From: a virus
Lineage: Duplodnaviria > Caudoviricetes
IMG/VR virus record: IMGVR_UViG_3300042868_014229
Location: 1 to 60,658 of that record
Strand: one strand, 5' to 3'
Length of the DNA stretch: 60,658 nucleotides
Below the pieces are notes generated by a model. It searched no databases and was not told where the DNA came from. It saw only the letters and a program-made list of their open reading frames with translations. The position numbers and the translations under genes are program-made. This document shows positions 57,413 through 60,658 of the stretch, piece after piece (position 1 is the first letter of the stretch; each line of letters begins with the position of its first letter).

Positions 57413-57562
57413 TCGAGGTGAAAGGATTCGAACCTTAACACCTCGTGTTTTGGTACCATCTTTCCCACGATAGTACCATTGCAGTGTTTTCTTTGGGAGA
57501 GGGTCCGAACTGCAAACCCAGAAATTCTAGCATTTCCTCAGCTGTCACAATCATTTCACCTT
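57413..57562 (-). ncRNA. structured RNA ending in a tRNA minihelix
   Basis: CGAGGTG..AAGG-TTCGAAT-CCTT.CACCTCG; upstream hairpins TTGCAGT/ACTGCAA and TGGTACTATC/GATGGTACCA. Confidence 0.55.
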
Positions 57563-57620
57563 AACATCTTCCATGGCTTGTTAAAGTTCTTTACGTAAGT
57601 GTAACCGTCTTACTGTATTT

Positions 57621-58286
57621 TTATTTTCTACCTTTTAACCAACCTTCATTTAGGTAGATTTCTAGGTCTTCTTTTTTAATTTTTTTATTGTTATTATCTT
57701 TTGTTATCCAACACGTTCCGTATTGACTGTTTGTTTTACCAACACCAGTACCTTTTCTTTGTTCAGACATTAATTGTTTTGTTTCTTCTGAATGTTTACT
57801 TTCAAATCTAACACCACCATTAAAACCAGTTAAAACACCCATAACATATTTTTTCTTTTGAGCTTCACTTGATATTTTAAACATTTTTTCTTTGAAATCT
57901 AAATCATTTTTTAACTTTTCAAGTCTACTATTAACCCCAGCTTTTGAACCTGCTAATTGAAATTTTTGTAAATGTTCTTTATTAACAAATCCACCACCTT
58001 CACCACCAACAACTAAATTCATACATAAATCTTCACTTATCAATTCTTTAGTAACTAGTTCTTTTTCTCTTTCTTTTAATAATTCTCTAGTTTCTAAAAA
58101 CTCTAGAATTTCTTTTGTGTGATTATCTTTACCATGATAATTTATTGAAAACCATAATCTTTTACCGCTCCCAAAATAACCATCGTTAAGATTATCGGTA
58201 CTATGCATACCAATATAAAATCTGTTTGTCACATTACATGTAATTTTATAAATGTAATGATATTTTCTTTTTTTTGTTCTTGTCAT
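57621..58286 (-). CDS. GIY-YIG homing endonuclease (Seg-like, NUMOD3-like motif)
   Basis: YIYKITC...FYIGMHST...YFGSG; HSEETKQLMS. Confidence 0.85.
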   Translation of the reverse strand: MTRTKKRKYHYIYKITCNVTNRFYIGMHSTDNLNDGYFGSGKRLWFSINYHGKDNHTKEILEFLETRELLKEREKELVTKELISEDLCMNLVVGGEGGGFVNKEHLQKFQLAGSKAGVNSRLEKLKNDLDFKEKMFKISSEAQKKKYVMGVLTGFNGGVRFESKHSEETKQLMSEQRKGTGVGKTNSQYGTCWITKDNNNKKIKKEDLEIYLNEGWLKGRK

Positions 58287-58335
58287 ATATATTCTTTTAT
58301 TATAAATATACACGAAAACGCAAAAAAGTCAAGTG

Positions 58336-58408
58336 TGGTGCGAGCTGGATTCGAACCAGCGACACCTGCCTCTTCAGGGCAGTGCTCTACCAACTGAGCT
58401 ATCGCACC
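58336..58408 (-). tRNA. tRNA-Phe(GAA)
   Basis: CTGCC-CTGAAGA-GGCAG. Confidence 0.9.
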
Positions 58409-58566
58409 TTGTGTTAGTTATGTCTGTAGGACTTCTGACATAATTCCCTATGATTATCTTTTTACAACCCCTCATAGAACTAACGTTTTTATTTATGCAA
58501 ATATATACATAACATTTCAATTAAACAAGTTTTTATTTAAACTTTTTTTAATTATTTTATAACTTG

Positions 58567-58639
58567 TTGAGAGAGAGGGTTTCGAACCCTACGCTACCAC
58601 CCGTCTAGGTGGCCTTCTAACCAATTAAAGTATCTCCCA
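58567..58639 (-). pseudogene. tRNA-like element with 6-nt anticodon loop
   Basis: TGGGAGA/TCTCTCA; CCACC-TAGACG-GGTGG; TTCGAAA T-loop. Confidence 0.6.
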
Positions 58640-58735
58640 AAATTACCAGAGGTTGCCAGATAGAATTTAAAATACCCGTTTTTACCTATGTTTTCAAGCT
58701 TTCTCTAGTAAATAAAATTACCAGATATTGCCAGA

Positions 58736-58993
58736 TTATATTTCTTCTCGTAACTGATAATATAAATCATTTAACACTTCTTTATCTGTACCCCAAATAA
58801 ATTCGTCTAAATGACCTTCTTCACCAGCACCCATTTCACAAACAAAAGGATTAACTAAAAAATAAACAGTTTCACCTTTAGAAATATGTTTATTTACAAT
58901 TTTTAATTCTTCCTCAGTTAAAGAGTTAAACCCTTCTTTGTTCATAAGAGCTTCTAAACTCTTACCCCATTTTTTATCATTATAATATATCAT
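58736..58993 (-). CDS. hypothetical protein
   Basis: 85 aa; -7 box 59018-59025. Confidence 0.6.
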   Translation of the reverse strand: MIYYNDKKWGKSLEALMNKEGFNSLTEEELKIVNKHISKGETVYFLVNPFVCEMGAGEEGHLDEFIWGTDKEVLNDLYYQLREEI

Positions 58994-59049
58994 AACTAAT
59001 ATTTTTAAATTAGATTACAAAGATAATCATTAATTTCAATTAAACAAAA

Positions 59050-59697
59050 TTATTTTATTTTTCTTCCTTTTAACCAACCATCTAATTGATAGGTTTCAAG
59101 GTCTTCTTTTTTAATCTTTTTGTTAATACCTTCTTTGGTTATCCAACATGTACCGAATTGGCTATTTGTTTCCTCAGTTCCAGTACCTTTTCTTATTTCA
59201 GATAGTAATTGTTTTGTTTCTTCTGAATGAGTTTTACCTTTAAATGAAACATTTTTAAAGTTACCATTTTCTTTAGCTTTTTTAGTATTTTCCATTAATA
59301 AAGTTCTATTACGATTTGCAAATTCAACATCTGTTTTTAATTTTTTTAGTCTGTTAATTTTAGCAATAGCCATAAATTTTTGTTTATGTTCTTCACTTGA
59401 AAACCCACCATCACCACCTTCTTTAAGATTCATACATAAATCCTCAGATAACAATTCTTTATTTACTAATTCTTTTTCTCTTTCTTTTAATAATATTCTA
59501 CTAGGTAGATATTCTAATATTTCTTTAGCATGGTTTTCTTTACCATGATAGTTTATTGAAAACCATAATCTTTTTCCACTACCAAAATAACCATCATTAA
59601 GGTTATCAGTGCTATGCATACCAATATAAAACCTATTTGTTATATTACACGTAATTTTATAAATGTAATGATATTTTCTTTTTTCTGCTCTTGCCAT
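59050..59697 (-). CDS. GIY-YIG homing endonuclease (paralog of 57621)
   Basis: Near-identical N-terminal domain; FKGKTHSEETKQ. Confidence 0.85.
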   Translation of the reverse strand: MARAEKRKYHYIYKITCNITNRFYIGMHSTDNLNDGYFGSGKRLWFSINYHGKENHAKEILEYLPSRILLKEREKELVNKELLSEDLCMNLKEGGDGGFSSEEHKQKFMAIAKINRLKKLKTDVEFANRNRTLLMENTKKAKENGNFKNVSFKGKTHSEETKQLLSEIRKGTGTEETNSQFGTCWITKEGINKKIKKEDLETYQLDGWLKGRKIK

Positions 59698-59744
59698 ATA
59701 TTCTTTTTAATATAAATATACGGCAAAATGCAAAAAAGTCAAGG

Positions 59745-59817
59745 TGGAGCCACGGAGACTCGAACTCCGTTCTGCTGGGTGCAAGCCAACTATTTTCGCC
59801 TGGTAAACTATAGCCCC
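59745..59817 (-). tRNA. tRNA-Ala(TGC)
   Basis: Loop CTTGCAC; G3:U70. Confidence 0.88.
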
Positions 59818-59820
59818 AAT

Positions 59821-59869
59821 TTTCTAATTCTACGCTTACAATATGTAGTTCTATGAATTAGTAACAGTC
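59821..59869 (-). repeat. inter-tRNA hairpin element copy 3
   Basis: GACTGTTACTAATTCATAG-N-GCGTAGAATTAGAAA. Confidence 0.75.
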
Positions 59870-59878
59870 TCATCTGTG

Positions 59879-60000
59879 CGGACACGGCAGGATTCGAACC
59901 TACATCTTTTTCGTGAAAGGAAAATTAACATTTAATGCTGCAGATAACCTTATCAGGTTATGACTTGTTTTATAACATGCTACCATTACACCACGTGCCC
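59879..60000 (-). ncRNA. tRNA-Glu-like RNA with inserted stem-CAGCA module
   Basis: GGGCACG/CGTGTCC; D-arm; ATAACCT-GATA-AGGTTAT-CTGCAGCA; TTTTC-CTTTCAC-GAAAA; T-arm. Confidence 0.75.
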
Positions 60001-60010
60001 AATATATTTG

Positions 60011-60082
60011 CGGTCCTAGAGGGAATCGAACCCTCCTCACCTCCGTGACAGGGAGGCATCCTAGCCGATGAACGATAGGACC
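60011..60082 (-). tRNA. tRNA-Asp(GTC)
   Basis: CCTCC-CTGTCAC-GGAGG; G73. Confidence 0.9.
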
Positions 60083-60086
60083 AATT

Positions 60087-60163
60087 TGGCGGTCTGCACG
60101 GGATTCGAACCCGTGACCTTCGCAGTGACAGTGCGATATTGTAACCAACTCTACTAGCAGACC
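60087..60163 (-). tRNA. tRNA-Asp(GTC), CCA encoded
   Basis: TCGCA-CTGTCAC-TGCGA; GCCA end. Confidence 0.88.
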
Positions 60164-60172
60164 TTATATTTG

Positions 60173-60244
60173 TAGCCCCAGAGAGAATCGAACTCTCATT
60201 TACTGGCCGAAAACCAGTCGTCCTGACCGTTAGACGATAGGGCC
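60173..60244 (-). tRNA. tRNA-Glu(TTC)
   Basis: ACTGG-TTTTCGG-CCAGT. Confidence 0.8.
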
Positions 60245-60251
60245 AATTTTG

Positions 60252-60324
60252 TACTCCCAACGGGATTCGAACCCGTGTACTACCCGTGAAAGGGGCATAT
60301 CCTGACCAACTAGATGATAGGAGC
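60252..60324 (-). tRNA. tRNA-Glu(TTC)
   Basis: TGCCC-CTTTCAC-GGGTA. Confidence 0.88.
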
Positions 60325-60386
60325 ATGGCTTCTGTATACCCTTGCAAGGGTGATGGCAGTACAGACACTGTTGTTCCATTATTCTG

Positions 60387-60459
60387 TGGACCCACCCGAA
60401 CTCGAATCGGGAACTCTGGCTCTTCAGGCCAGCGGATTGCCAGTTAATCCCACAGGTCC
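60387..60459 (-). tRNA. tRNA-Phe(GAA), divergent
   Basis: CTGGC-CTGAAGA-GCCAG. Confidence 0.78.
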
Positions 60460-60466
60460 AATTATA

Positions 60467-60658
60467 TTACGGATACAAAATCCATTGATAATCAATTGCA
60501 ATTTCATTAGTCTTTTCCAAGTCTTCTTCAAAAGTGTTTATTACAACACCAGTTGAATCTAAACATTCTGCTTTAACCGTTATCTTATCATTAGATTCTT
60601 TAAGTATTTTAATTACTCTACCTCTTAATTTATTTGGGGTTTTAAAATTCAATTCCAT
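60467..60658 (-). CDS. hypothetical protein
   Basis: 63-aa ORF at window edge. Confidence 0.5.
   Translation of the reverse strand: MELNFKTPNKLRGRVIKILKESNDKITVKAECLDSTGVVINTFEEDLEKTNEIAIDYQWILYP

Noticed and set aside
59879-60000. Group I/II intron-containing tRNA
   Set aside because: The insert is only about 50 nt, lies outside the anticodon loop and has no catalytic-core motifs.
59900-60395. ORF-track CDSs 59900..60148 and 59970..60395
   Set aside because: Read through tRNA genes.
280-60556. Plus-strand ORFs in the track
   Set aside because: Antisense shadows of minus-strand genes or tRNAs; only 43659..43808 (not in the track) is supported.
1-60658. Stop-codon recoding
   Set aside because: Known genes are full length in the standard code, TAG and TGA end genes at tight junctions, and no suppressor tRNA was found.
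1-60658. Bacterial chromosome origin
   Set aside because: Host-like genes are out of operon context among many short unknown ORFs, DenV, Seg-like endonucleases and divergent tRNAs, as in large phages.

Overview
A 60.7-kb, AT-rich fragment of a very large (jumbo-type, probably T4-related) phage genome. Almost all genes lie on the minus strand and use the standard code. The host is most likely Bacteroidota (Flavobacteria-like), because about 20 intergenic TAnnTTTG (-7) promoter boxes precede genes. No recognisable core structural or replication module is present. The window holds accessory genes: translation and RNA quality control (SmpB, RNase R, IF3, Thg1-like, Smr, YqeY, an RNA-repair HAD), a sigma-70, an NAD+/ADP-ribose cluster (Prs, NAMPT, NadM-Nudix, sirtuin, macro, NADAR), an Acb1-like 2H phosphoesterase, DenV, DHFR, bestrophin, an ABC/OmpA operon, two GIY-YIG homing endonucleases and two tRNA arrays (about 16 plausible tRNAs plus pseudo-tRNAs). 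Two unannotated systems stand out. (1) A 33-codon leader peptide at 48292-48393 whose codons 3-25 use only Thr/Lys/Tyr/Gln/Pro/Gly, exactly the six specificities of the intact tRNAs directly downstream; it overlaps a terminator/antiterminator switch and looks like a ribosome-sensing attenuator of a phage tRNA operon. (2) Four tRNA-chimeric ncRNAs share a stem+C(A/U)GCA module in linear and circularly permuted forms, each displaying a different anticodon loop (Lys, Asn, Glu, Tyr). All calls were made by eye from motifs and base-pairing; no searches were run.
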